Assembly: GCF_964204645.1 (NCBI RefSeq)
Contig: NC_134027.1
Span: 18,996,560 to 19,060,559, forward strand
Source of the DNA: Tubulanus polymorphus
Taxonomy: Eukaryota > Animalia > Nemertea
Direction: 5' to 3'
DNA length: 64,000 bases
The notes beneath the pieces are model-generated. The model was given only the letters and a program-made list of their open reading frames with translations. It had not been told where the DNA came from and made no database searches. Positions 36,367-48,470 of this stretch are shown piece after piece (positions within the stretch are counted from its first letter, which is position 1; every line of letters begins with the position of its first letter). Made by a program: the position numbers and the translations under genes.

Positions 36367-36872
36367 AATTAAACGTAAAAATCTAACCGTTTTGATAATA
36401 CCTCCTCCATCGGATCGCCAAGATAGCGAGACAATGTACTTTAAATCTTTGTTTTAACGCAGTTTTATTGCGATCCTGCCGAGGTCCGTCGGTGAATAAA
36501 TAAATAAAAAGGTTTATTTACTATCGGTCATCAGCCACTCCGAGAGAAAATACTCGGAGTATTTTCAATTCGCTCCATTGAAAGATGCCTCAGGAACGCG
36601 TGTCGCCTTTCCCTTATGCGAGAGTCGGTCGCTCATTGATTGACGGTAAATGAGGTTGAGGAAACTATGAGAACAGCTACTTAGCAACTCAATCTATGAC
36701 GTCACATTTCCACAAAATAGCCAATATGATGATAGATAGTATTGATTTGTGAATATTTCCGACGACGAAATTTTGATAGCTACTACATTCAGCTAAAAGC
36801 GCAAACAAATAATGAAATAGCTCTTTACGATGCGCTTTAATTTTCGAAATAAATCGAGGAAAATTCGAAAAA

Positions 36873-36991
36873 AGTCTACAGTACCCGGTATTCCCAGGCG
36901 GTCACCCATCCAAGTACTAACCAGGCCCGACGTTGCTTAACTTCGGTGATCGGACGAGAACCGGTGCTTTCAACGTGATATAGCCGTAGAC
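36873..36991 (-). rRNA. 5S rRNA (edge copy, four substitutions, upstream spacer deleted)
   Basis: 5S sequence plus terminator. Confidence 0.82.
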
Positions 36992-37179
36992 AATTAACTT
37001 ACTACTACTTACTTAAGCTACTTAGCAACTCAATCTATGACGTCATATTTCCACAAAATAGCCAATCTGCTGAAAGAAAGTAATGATTTTTGAATATTTC
37101 CGACGACGAAATTTTGATAGCTACTGCATTTAGCTGAAAGTGCAAACAAACAATGATTAGCTCTTTGCGATGCGCTTTA

Positions 37180-39100
37180 AACGATTGTCTGGACCGGGTC
37201 CTCGTATGCAAAACGACATCACAGCGATATTGATGCGTTTTCGTCTACACAGTACAGCTATAACATCAGACATTGAGAAAGCGTTCTTACAAATTTTGTT
37301 GCCAGAAGCAGATAGGGATTTTACGCGTTTTCTGTGGCTCAAAGATTCTAATGATCCTACAAGCGAGTTAATTACATATTGATTCAGAGTAGTTTTGTTC
37401 GGAGCCAGCAGTTCGCCATTTATTTCAAATGCAAGTATCTATAAACACTTGATGCTACACTCGTCACGGGTAGCTGATATAATCATGAAGAATATTTACG
37501 TGGATAACATTATAGTTTCGGTCTGAGATCGATATATGGCTGAAGAGTTTTGCTTCAAGTCTCGTTCGGTGTAATGAGTGATGGAGGATTTAACCTACGG
37601 TGCTGTAACAGTAATGATGGGCATATTAAAGAACTTGCGTCAAATGACGGAGTGGCAGAATCCGTTACAGAAACGAATGTGTTAGGTCTACATTGGAACA
37701 CTGAAACGGAATATCTGGCATTAAAACCAGTTCAAACCGCGGAATTAGATAATGGCGTTACCAAGCGTATTGTATTACGGCAAGCGTCGAAGATATTCGA
37801 TCCGTTGGGTTTCACGACCCCGGTAATAATCAAGGCGAAATGTGATAGCTGACTCCTCTTTAAACTGTATCAGTTATTTGGTTCTGTCTTGGGGGCAACG
37901 ACTGACGATGGGAAAACTCACCGACTGAGACCACTGGGATAAATAAAGAGAAAATATATTTACGAATGAAAACTAGAGAATGACACTCAATTAAATCACA
38001 TAACAGATTGTTGGAACATACATTATTGATAAATTATTACCATTCCGATAATTTGATTACTATTCATTACTAAGATCTAAATCAGAGTTTAACATAGATG
38101 TAGTGGACATATCAATCAATTAAATTATAAAATACACAGATTAATCACAATTTCCCGCAAAAATTACCTTACTTCCGGAAGGGAATTGAATCAAACCCCC
38201 AGCCATTTTGACCGAGGACAACTCAAAAACACATCGTTATAAATAACAACGACAAGGTAATTTTACCACAGATCCAGCCCAAGAAGTGTGTCTCTTTTAG
38301 ACTAAAGATTAAATATGGTTAACTCGCCACTCACCACGCGATAAATAAAGAGAAAATATATTTAGATAATGAATATAATAAATATATTGTTGATTCAGCA
38401 GATCATCGTCCGATTAGGCCGAATGAAAACTAGAGAATGACACTGATTTAAATCACAGCTGTCAAACTCATAATTTGCTACTCGCAGAGATGGCGCCACG
38501 AGCTGGACGATAGTTGGCAGCTGAACCGACGAATTTATTAAAACCAACTACAAGCAACTACTTTTGTGCCTACCACAGAAACTCTTCATTCAGAAGCTTT
38601 GTAAGTTAGATCTAGACTGGGACAATGTTTTGGCCCCGGACTTATGTTGCGAATGGAGTTTCATCGCGCGTGATATACAGGAGATTTCTGGTTTATCCGT
38701 ACCGCGTCAATACTTTTCGCATGTTGCTGCTCGTCTCAGTCGTCACGTGGTGGCATAATTATGAATTCCTGATCTGAACGTTCGCTTATGGAGTGACAGT
38801 AAAGTGGTACTAGCCTGGTTGAATTCAGCGAAATCGCTACCGAGATTTGTAGCCAATCGCGTTGCTGAAATTCGGAAAATAACGAATATCGCTAATTGGA
38901 ATTACTGTTGTTCGGGTTAGAGGTACAACAGCGTTTAAATTGATGAACAGTAAAGACTGGTTAAACGGTCCTGTTGGATTAGCGAGAACGAACTACACCC
39001 GGTGAATTCAAAAATGAAGTGAACAACGAAACGTGTTTAGTCAACACTTCTACAGCAGAACAACATGAAGTTGAATCTCGTCTACCGGACATTATCGATT
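37180..39100 (+). mobile_element. Degenerate BEL/Pao LTR retrotransposon pol (RT and RNase H region)
   Basis: GPRMQNDITAILMRFR...SDIEKAFLQI...DRDFTRFLW, IYVDN, TKRIVLRQASKIFDPLG, KLFIQKL..LDWD, WSDSKVVLAWL...FVANRVAEI; interrupted by stops and frameshifts. Confidence 0.88.
37841..38577. mobile_element. 737-bp TGT...ACA insertion with a 4-bp TSD (Gypsy-type solo LTR or Ginger-type MITE)
   Basis: gaaa|tgtgatag ... ctaccaca|gaaa. Removing it rejoins the BEL frame IIKAK-LFIQKL. Confidence 0.8.
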
Positions 39101-41185
39101 CGATATATAGACCTGATTCTCCAGCATTACGTCATAATGCTCGGGATTCCATGAGAAGAGATCACTTCCGGAGTCACTGAGGTCCAACTTCCTTGTGGGT
39201 GATGGATGTAATTTGAGAGTGCTCTCATCAAATTTATTTCGGTTCGTTATCGGTGGTCATCTACTGTTGTAAGGTGAAACATATTATTTTTTTTATATCT
39301 GTTTACTTTTTCTTTACCTACTGTTGTAAGGTATTTTGAATTTGTATGTTTTTGCCATGGCGGCTTACAATAAATTAGTTGCTTGACATTGGGTCTGACA
39401 TTACGGTAGCCAATGAGGATGAGTCAGCTTGTTCTGCTGGTCTCGTGGCTGACGAAATGTCGGTTCAACAGGCTAGTGATGAAGGACGGAGTCAGTCTTT
39501 CCTCCTTCTGTCTGACTATTATGGGTCTTCGAATAAGGACACTCAGGCTGTAAGTGTTGATAAAAAAGATAAGGACAAAGCTGCTAAATTGAAAGCAATT
39601 CCTAATACTTCTCGTCGAGTTTTTACGTCAAAAAGCTCATGTTCAGCTCAGCCAGAGACTTTATCTGAAAGTCATGTCGATCCTGTTTTGACAGAGTTTT
39701 TAAAGATGAGGAAAAGACTTGAAGCTTTAGAGTCTCAATATTTGCAAAATGATAATGATCGATTTGATGTGGATCAACAGAATCAGTGATATGGGTGACG
39801 AGCTCAATACGTCTGACCAATTTACGGCTATTTTACCCAAAATATAGACCGTAATAATAACGTTCAGTTACATGAGGACAATGACTTCATGACCTGTATC
39901 AGGTCAGAGATTGAGGTTCTTAAAAATGTCGGACCCCCGATAAAAAATCAACAGTTAGCACAAGCCGTTGATAAACTGATGACAGGGTTTAGTGGAGAAA
40001 ATTCTGATATTAAGAAGGATTTGTTTGAAAAATTGGAGAAATCCGTTAGGCAGTATGCTTGCCCTGAAAATATCCCGAGTTTGGCCGTCACTTAAGTAAA
40101 TCAGCCAATTTGGTCTAAGTTAAATAAAGAGTCGGCTGCTTTCGATTTAAAATGCCAGAAGATTCAGAATTATAACCTAAGAGGTATAACTGCTATCACA
40201 CAAGCAATGTATCTTTTATCGGGTCCAGACCCTTTAGACAAAAAGACCTTAGGTATGACGTTATATCACTCCTTGAGTCTCTTTGCGCAAAGCAACTATG
40301 AAAAGAATTTAAGACGTCGGGAACTATTGAAGCGTGGATTTAACGATGTTTATGCGCCAATCTTGCTCCCCTCTAATTCTATTGGGAAAGACATTTCGGG
40401 GATCATCTTGATGACAAATTGCGAGACATAGAGAGGTCAAGTCGTATGGTTACGAAGATTGTAGATCGAGGTTGTGGGAACTATCGATCTACAGGTTATG
40501 GAAAGAGGAGATTCCAGCCTTATAGAAGGCATGCTTCTTTCAATCTCCCTAAATAGGAAAAGAGGTCAACATCAGAGAAAATAGTAAGTTCTCAGTTATC
40601 TTCTGTTGCTGGCCGAATTAAACATTTTTGGGAGACTTTAACCTCTGACAAATCAATTTTGAATTTGGTTTTGGGTTAAGACATTGAATGGGATTCGATG
40701 CCTCCTTTTCAGTTTTTTCCACCGCGTTCAATTAGATTTAATGAGGTTGAAACTTCTGCTATTGACTCGCTATTATCAGATTTTTTGAGTCATGGAATTA
40801 TTGAATTGGCTTCACCTGATAGGGGTCAATGTTTATCTAATATTTTCGTCGTTCCGAAAAAAAGATGGATCATTCAGACTTATTTTGAATTTGACTTTTT
40901 TAAACAAACATGTCAAGTATTATCATTTTAAAATGAACTCTTTGAAATCAGTTCTTAGTGTTATGACTCCAGGTTGTTTCATGGCCTCTCTTGATTTGAA
41001 AGATGCCTATTATTCTGTCAATATCGCTTGTAGTGATCGAAAATATCTTCGATTCATTTGGAAGGGTCAACTTTTTCAGTATACCTGCCTTCCAAACAGA
41101 ATTTCATCGGCTCCAAGAATTTTCACCAAGCTTCTGAAGCCTGTTTTACTCCCCTTCGAGAATTGGGGTATATTTCTGCAGATCT
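39101..41185 (+). mobile_element. Truncated, degenerate DIRS-like retrotransposon (gag-like ORF1 remnants and RT)
   Basis: ORF1 remnants CPENIPSL, VNQPIW, SNYEKNLRRRELLK; RT FVVPKK/DGSFRLILNL...HFKMNSL...MASLDLKDAYYSV...FQYTCLP..SSAPRIFTKLLKPV. Confidence 0.85.
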
Positions 41186-41189
41186 ACAC

Positions 41190-41625
41190 ATTTTGTTAAT
41201 ACGTCTTCTGGAGTAACGAATAGACCGATAAATAAACTTCATCCATTGGAGATTGACTTTTACAGTATTCATAATGTGTGTGGTGGGAGGCCCCCTGTCG
41301 GAAAATCTGAAAATCGCGAGGTCAATACGCCATTACGTTCTAGAACTTTAAGGAAAGCTGCGGTGATTGCTAATGAGAAAATTAAAGATATGATATGATT
41401 TATCGCCTTTTATGTGTTTTTGTGTTGATCTTTGGGCCCCAGGAGTGTCCTGAATTGTGGTTGGCTTATGTGCATGTGATATTAACTCGACATTTGGCCT
41501 TTATTTCTGTAAGCCTCCTCATGCCTGACCAGGCATTATATTGTGTATGTTGAGTCGTAAAATAGTTGAGTTCAGTGTTGTACATGAAATCATAGGGGTT
41601 AGTTTGTTCGTATCTATATTCCTGC
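41190..41625 (+). mobile_element. 3' end of a BEL/Pao element with polypurine tract and probable LTR start
   Basis: VNTSSGVTNRPINKLHPLEI motif; gggccccaggag followed by tgtcctgaa at ~41445. Confidence 0.6.
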
Positions 41626-41627
41626 AG

Positions 41628-42960
41628 AATGCAGGAAAGATGGGAGGATATTGGGAAAAGCTAGTTGGCATCGTTAAGACTTGTCTGATGAAGGTTTTAG
41701 GTCGCGCACGCGTATCCAGCACTGAATTGATAACAATCAACAGTGTTTTTTTACAGAGATCGAAGCAGTCGTCAACGATCGACCTCTTACATACATGTCG
41801 TCAAATTTTGATGACCCCGAACAACCCCTGCATATTTAATTTACGGTCGACGTATTGCAAACCTACCTCATGTTGAACTCGAATCAGATGACTGATATAG
41901 CAAACCAATATATTCATTTTTACAAAATGTACTTTCTTGATTTGGCAGTTTCATTTTTGGAATAACTATGTCATGGTAACATAGATTTGATCTCCATAAA
42001 TATAGCTTTTCAAATATCAGATTTACATTTTTGAAAAATAACATTTTAAAAATCATTTTATATCTAAGATTATTTTCATGTTTCTCTTTTTACCATTTAT
42101 GACTGCCAAGCCTAGTTACTCTGGTCTGAGAAGCTTTGTTCTCATAGTATCTTAAAGTCAACAAACCGCTACATTTGCCTAGATACTTAATGGTGACACT
42201 AATTACAAAGTTTGTTTTCTTGGCAATCTGGCATCTATCCGTTGTCAGAGCCCAAGTACCAGGATCCCCTCTCCAATCAGATGAATCTTTGCTAGATTGG
42301 GTTTGTAGGTGGATCCTGAGTCACCAAGGTCCAGCTCAGGCCTAGCTGGGTTATTCCAGGGAAGTGTGATGATCATCACACTTCCCTGGTTATTCTGACT
42401 TTGGGTTTCATCGAATAAACCTAATCTGCAATTAAAGATTTATACTCGTATTTTCATTGGATTTTCAGGATCACAAAACATGATTATAACCGCGGTGGTT
42501 TATCCCAAAAACTTCCGCATTAAACTTATCTGATCCAGACTTTCTGACGAGTGCAAGTTTGAGGCCTCGCGCATGAAGCACATGAGTGTTGTTTTCCAAC
42601 AAGAGAAGATGGGCAAGATGGCGCAAGGAATACCTTACGTCACTGCGTGAACGCTTCACAAGTTCCGTTGCTCATTATGGCATCAAGGTTAAAAAGGGGA
42701 ATTTTGTACATATTTGTGATGATTCTCCCCGGGTAAAGTGGAAGATGGGAATTATCATCGATATTAAAGTATGGGAGAATCCTGATATTTTAAGCTTCTC
42801 TACGCACCGCCAACGGAATCACAAACAGGCCGCTAGCTAAATTAGTGCCGTTAGAAATTACCTATTCGAATCCGGAGGAACTACAACCGGCTAAAATAGT
42901 CAATCATGTGACTCGTCGCGCTCGGACACTCGGCCCAGGAGACAAGCTGCCGATACCGCT
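41628..42960 (+). mobile_element. BEL/Pao integrase and C-terminal remnants, interrupted at ~41880-42480
   Basis: GGYWEKLVGIVKTCLMKVLG, EIEAVVNDRPLTY, RWARWRKEYLTSLRERF, DDSPRVKWKMGII, NRPLAKLVPLEI. Confidence 0.82.
42357..42388. mobile_element. 32-bp perfect palindrome flanked by a 7-bp TSD (P-like excision footprint)
   Basis: gttattc|cagggaagtgtgatga-tcatcacacttccctg|gttattc. Confidence 0.75.
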
Positions 42961-43269
42961 CGGTAACGTATACTACGAATCTACGCACTGTTTGTGTCCC
43001 GGAGGGCAATAGCGATAGTGAGTACTGTATAATTTTCCGAGTTGTCGCCGTTGTGATAGATAAAAAGTCGCAAAATTTCGATCGGAAACCTATCGAAATC
43101 TTGTTTTATATTACGTTTGTCGTGGAATTATCGAATTGAAAACTAAAATGGTAAATTATTGGTGCAGACTCCTAAACGATCTAAATCCAAGTAAAATAAG
43201 TAAAATAATGTGTGAAATAATAACTCATCTACACGGTCAGAACCAAAACCACTGTAAGTGGATTCATTA

Positions 43270-44180
43270 AACGCAAGTTACACATTTCCTCTTTTTTCTG
43301 GCGTTCGCCAAATGTTCTGAAATACAAGGCTTTGGTAAATACCACTGATGGTGATTTAAAACATCACCTTATACGATTCTTGTCTAAGTGTGATATATAT
43401 ATTGATTAAAATTTGAAGCATAGTGCGATTGTTATATCCTCACTGATAATATGGAAAATATCTGATAGAACTCCCGCATATAAGTAGAAGATTCCTGCTG
43501 ACGTTTCGTTCAAATAACCATACGCTGCCTGTGGAAGTAGATCGGTATACATATGAGAATTTTGATAATAAATGTGGTATAGCAGATATAGGTGATGAAT
43601 TCCATGTTTCACTCGAATGCAATTCATAACGAAAAGAACGCAAGTTACACATACCCTCTTTTTTCTGGCGTTCGCCAAATGTTCTGAAATACAAGGCTTT
43701 GGCCAAATGCCACTGATGGTGATTTAAAACATCACCATATACGATTCTTGTCCAAGTGTGATATATAAATTGATTAGAATTTGAAACATAGCGCGATTGT
43801 TATATCCTCACTGATAATATGGAAAATATTTTGTATGAACCTCCATTGATGTCCTTTAACGTCCAAGTCATTTAAATCTGGCTAGGCTACTTGGTTACAT
43901 ATGTACATATCATTGATTCAAATTTTGCTTTGTAAGTAGAAACTGTTGATGTTATTTGTTTGATTTTGCTAGACTAATCATTGTAAATATATATTAATTG
44001 AATCTTTTACAGCCTATTTATTGTAAATGAAAAACACATAATTATTGATTCCTTTGAATTCTATTTATATCTATTCATTTCTTATTGTGTCTTTTGATAT
44101 TTTGTTATATATACATGTATATTGTATGAACTTCGATCCTTATACTTTCATAAAAGTTTTATCTTATCTAATCTAATCTT
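43270..44180 (+). mobile_element. 3' fragment of a LINE (RTEX-like C-terminal CCHC) with internal ~190-bp duplication and (ATCTA)n tail
   Basis: LTFRSNNHTLPVEVDRY...CGIADIGDEFHVSLEC; 43270-43460 repeated at 43638-43829; tail atcttatctaatctaatct; the same 3' UTR recurs at ~49415-49627. Confidence 0.65.
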
Positions 44181-45267
44181 GGTTATACTAACTAACATCA
44201 ACCCTGTTTTAGTGTAGGCCAGTGTACGCGTGTGCCCGCGTAATAGAAGTGTACTACACTGATACATAGGCCTACCCGTGCGCACGGCCCGGTACTACTC
44301 GTCAGAAGGAAAACCGACATATCAAACCCAGACGTAGCGTTTTCTTGCTCGATCAAGGAAATTTGCCCCGCAGAGATCAATTTTTGAGAAATACTAAATG
44401 CATGAAAATTTCAGTTTATTTCCAAACGGCATTTTCCAATTTTCCATAATTGAAAGAATTATGATTTAGATTGCATCTTTTTTCTCAACTCAACTCATCA
44501 TAGAAAGAGATCTAATTTCCCATTTCAAGCACAAGCGGGGCGGCCAATCGCGTGCGTTCATTCTTTGCTTAACGACTAATCCTCAAAAAGTGTATGAGTT
44601 GAAATATGGAGGTGGCAAAAATATTTCAAAATTTTTTCATCATGTTCAAAGATCCCCCCCCCCCCGGTTTGCTGATAAGTACACTTGATACACGAATAAA
44701 AATGCGAAATATGTCACCAGAAATTGATTTAATCATGTAGATGAAAACTCGTAGAAAAGGTTGACCGATATTTGACGCGATTTGTTTGTAGAATGTTGAT
44801 GATTTATTTTATTTATTTATTTTATTTACACTCGAACCCATTACAGGTACTAGAGGGACATTTTCAGATGTATAACACGGTATAAAAGTTACAAATTCAA
44901 TAACACAATACACTTGTTAAAATGAAAAAACAGAAAATAACATAGTAACTAATTAGAACTATCCATGCATAGAGAAAGCGAGTGTGCACACGCGTGGATT
45001 GTGTTTACTACCAGAATGTCGAGCGTGCGCACTGCGAACAAGATGGTGGAAACTCTCTTGTGAAAAAATCGCCTAATTTTAGCCTATATCGGCTGCACCA
45101 TACAGCGATTGCTCGCCGAATTGCTATGTGAGTGAGTAATGATACTTTGTAACGCCACGAACGTACGTCGTGGCACCACTAATCGATAACAAACACACAT
45201 GTATAGTACACCTCTGCATCATGCATCGAGGATAACGCATGTAAACAAATATACCGTACATCGTTGA

Positions 45268-47157
45268 ATGACCTTCTTTGCATCATTCATAGTCACTATG
45301 TCGTCGCGTAAACATGTCGGCTTATTCTTAGCGGGCGAATCAGACGTATCAGACGAATCAGATGATGAATATCCAGTCGAAATGCAGCAGCTTTCTTCAG
45401 AATACTCTAGTTCTGATGCTGAATCAACCGACGGAGTTCCAGACATATCAGATGATGAATACCCAGTCGAAATGCTGCAGTCTTCTTCAGAATACTCTAG
45501 TGCTGATGCTGAATCAAGCGACGAAGTTCAAGATCCACCGGGCAGACAAGGGCGTGGCCGCCCTAGAGGCGTAGGCAGAGCTAGAAACGTGAATACCGAT
45601 TCTCAGGAAAATAATTGGATACAAGTTACAGGTAGTGATCCAGGGCCAACATTGAAGCTGTTTAAACCCCCAAGCCCGAGTGGCCCCGCAAATCTCGATG
45701 CAATTGTCGATGTTGATGACCCACTTGAATATTTTCGTCTGTTTTTTACGGACGAAATTGTACAGGATATAGTTACCGAGATAAATCGATACGCTAACGA
45801 GAAGATAGCTGCCGGAAATCTGAAAAATCATTCCAGACTCAAAAAATGGCGTGACATCAACTTAGATGAATTCCTTAGGTTCATAGGAATCTTGCTTCAA
45901 ATGGGTGTAGTGCGTTTGCCGACCGTACAGATGTACTGGAGCGTAAAATGGCAACATTCGGTGAGATTTTTCCGCGATTCGATGCAGCGAGATCGTTTTC
46001 TCATTCTCTATCACACAATGCTACATGTGTGTCATTCGGATCCGAAACGAAATCGCGAACGAGGACACAAGATTACCCCGCTATTGCGTAAAATCGTCGA
46101 AAAATATCAACGTCATTACGTGCCGTATCAAGAAGTTTCAATGGACGAATCGATGATCGGTTACAAGGGTAGAGTCGCATTTAAGCAACACTGCCCTAAA
46201 AAACCCACGAAATGGGGATTACTTGCTAGAACACTGGCTTGTCCGCACACAGGCTATCTGCTGAATATTAATTTATACTGCGGCCGAGATGATAACTTGA
46301 AAGTCGAACCGGGGCTATCTAGAACCGCGCAAATAGTCATGGATATCGTGAGACCGTTTTTTCATCGCGGACACCACATCTACTGCGATCGGCTGTATAG
46401 TAGTGTCGAATTGGCTGAAAAATTGTATGAAAACGGATGCCACTATACTGGTACAATTTTGTTGAATAGAAGGGGGCTTCCTCGAGCTCTAAAAAATTCG
46501 CGACATTTGCAACGAGGAGACACCGTTGCTTGCCGCAAGGGAGATGTTTTGGTACTCAACTGGCATGATAAGCGTGTAGTTTCGGTAATTTCCACTTACA
46601 GTAAGGGGGATGAACGCGTCGAAGTAAATGTGCGCGGTCGCGAGGAACCTGTTCAGAAACCGAGTGTTATAGTAGACTATAACAAACACATGTCAGGCGT
46701 TGATCTGCATGACCAGTATAATAAATATTATGACAGTTCGCGTAAATCCATAAAATGGTGGAAAAAGGTGTTTTTCTGGCTTTTGGAGTCCGTTGTTACC
46801 AACGCGTACATTCTGTGGAAGCTAAACAATGGCCAAGACCACAAAAATCAATCGATATTGAAATTTCGGGAAGATCTCGTTGGAAAGCTCGTTCCGCGCC
46901 AAGATGCGACAGAAACACGGACTAGAGGCCGTCCCTCCCATGGACCACCTCTTGAAAGGTTGAACGGCAAATTCCATCGGCTTATGTGTGAGGCTAGAGC
47001 GTCTAAATCTTGTAGAGTATGCTCAGACTTCTCAGTAGGCATTCGCAAACAGACAAAATTTTACTGTGGTACGTGCGCTGATAAACCAGGCCTGCACCAC
47101 CATGACTGTTTCAACAAGTACCATACTGAAAAGAACTATAAAAACTGTTCCTATTGA
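45268..47157 (+). CDS. piggyBac-family DDD transposase (PGBD4-like), intact 629-aa ORF
   Basis: PLEYFRLFFTDEI, SMDESMIGYKGR, PKKPTKWG, IYCDRLYSS, YNKHMSGVDLHDQ, KWWKKVFFW, C-terminal CRVC...CGTC...H...CF..YH cysteine-rich domain. Element ends not confidently found. Confidence 0.93.
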   Translation: MTFFASFIVTMSSRKHVGLFLAGESDVSDESDDEYPVEMQQLSSEYSSSDAESTDGVPDISDDEYPVEMLQSSSEYSSADAESSDEVQDPPGRQGRGRPRGVGRARNVNTDSQENNWIQVTGSDPGPTLKLFKPPSPSGPANLDAIVDVDDPLEYFRLFFTDEIVQDIVTEINRYANEKIAAGNLKNHSRLKKWRDINLDEFLRFIGILLQMGVVRLPTVQMYWSVKWQHSVRFFRDSMQRDRFLILYHTMLHVCHSDPKRNRERGHKITPLLRKIVEKYQRHYVPYQEVSMDESMIGYKGRVAFKQHCPKKPTKWGLLARTLACPHTGYLLNINLYCGRDDNLKVEPGLSRTAQIVMDIVRPFFHRGHHIYCDRLYSSVELAEKLYENGCHYTGTILLNRRGLPRALKNSRHLQRGDTVACRKGDVLVLNWHDKRVVSVISTYSKGDERVEVNVRGREEPVQKPSVIVDYNKHMSGVDLHDQYNKYYDSSRKSIKWWKKVFFWLLESVVTNAYILWKLNNGQDHKNQSILKFREDLVGKLVPRQDATETRTRGRPSHGPPLERLNGKFHRLMCEARASKSCRVCSDFSVGIRKQTKFYCGTCADKPGLHHHDCFNKYHTEKNYKNCSY

Positions 47158-47355
47158 TTACTTACAACGTACATGTACAACAACTTTTTTCGGTGGAAAT
47201 AAATTGACTTTCTTTGGTATTCGTATTACAATATTGGCTTTTGTAACTTCATAAGGATCAGTTTGGTCCCCTAATATCTCAAGGGCCCGCAAAGACTCCC
47301 AATATTTCTCATTAGAATGGACTACGTACTTTATTCTAGTTCTTGTGAGTCAAAG

Positions 47356-47401
47356 CATGGACGTATAAACTAGTTTAACTACTCTAGTTTATACGTCCAT
47401 G
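47356..47401. mobile_element. 46-bp palindromic TIR-TIR remnant with a 7-bp TSD (P-like footprint)
   Basis: gtcaaag|catggacgtataaactag-10 nt-ctagtttatacgtccatg|gtcaaag. Confidence 0.8.
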
Positions 47402-47752
47402 GTCAAAGGAAGTCTCAGAAAGATATATTGACCGGAAAGAAGCAAAAACGGAATAAAGCTGCCAAGAGTTCCTGTATTGGAGAAAGTTGTCATACGATCT
47501 AATCTATACTGCGTATGAAGCAAAATCTAGGCCTATAAGACAGAACCATACCGCGACGCATTGTAGGGAAATTAATGCATGTAAGCCTTCCAGGTGAGGC
47601 CGAGGAGTATGGATGCTTGAGATTGAGATCGGCCTTCCCACTATCTACAGTATCTTGTTTATAAGTGAGGGTGGCTCACAACTGTAACTCTGCAGGTCAC
47701 GTACAGTTATTAAGGCCGACTTCAAGTATAAAAGGCCCATCATCTGTCAGAC

Positions 47753-47804
47753 CATGGACTTATAAACTAAAATTTAGATGGGAAATCTAGTTTATACGTC
47801 CATG
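47753..47804. mobile_element. 52-bp palindromic TIR-TIR remnant with a 7-bp TSD (same family as 47356)
   Basis: gtcagac|catggacttataaacta-18 nt-tagtttatacgtccatg|gtcagac. Confidence 0.8.
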
Positions 47805-48470
47805 GTCAGACATGGCAGTATCTCTGAACCCATGGAGCAGTCAAGAGCTCCAGCGTTGAAACTGGAATTTCCCTAATATCTCTGTCAGTTAACCGATTTG
47901 GACCCTCCTTTTTGTCAGGTATATGTGTAAACATGTAATATAGTCATATCAATGGCTTAAAATTTATTTTAAGCCCTCCTTCATGCATAAATTAGCAATT
48001 TACTTAGTGCATACTTCAAATTTTCAAATCTTTGAATGACAAGCTGGGAGGAGTTATTCACCTCACCACAGAGAGCACAGTCACCTGTAGTCATAAACCT
48101 ATATAAACAAAACAGTTGCAGCTCTCTAGAGCGTGATTTTGGGGGTTAGAAAACTTTTGACCTGAAAGTTGTATCAAACTGAAAATTTATATATCATCTT
48201 AACTCCTCATCAGTAACAATGTGTGAAAATTTCATCAAAATCGGACAAAAATTGAATAAATTGAAATTACAGATTTTATGTTCAACTCCATTATTACTGG
48301 AGGAATTCTTATCAAAAAACATCTACAAATGATATCAAACATATACGAAAAAAGTTTTTCTTTATGTGTCACTGTGATACTGTGTGATACTGGTGTGAAC
48401 CAGATGTGTTCCAGTAAACACTTTAAACAAACTACCGCTTGCTAGTCGCTAGTGGGATGTGGCCTGCACT

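Larger units (their letters stand above)
7790..37180 (-). repeat. Tandem 5S rDNA array: 39 genes, ~625-630 bp unit (119-bp gene plus ~508-bp spacer)
   Basis: Directly visible tandem repeat. Each unit reads GTCTACGGCCATACCACGTTGAAAGCACCGG...GGGAATACCGGGTGCTGTAGACT on the minus strand, followed by an oligo-T Pol III terminator. Confidence 0.98.

Noticed and set aside
7855-36386. Dozens of recurrent 60-145 aa ORFs (e.g. KVYSTRYSQAVTHPSTNRARR, MGDRLGIPGAVDFF)
   Set aside because: They are incidental translations of the 5S gene and spacer, with frames varying between units.
7790-37180. CRISPR-like repeat-spacer organisation
   Set aside because: Spacers are near-identical rather than unique, the unit is ~625 bp, there are no cas genes, and the context is eukaryotic.
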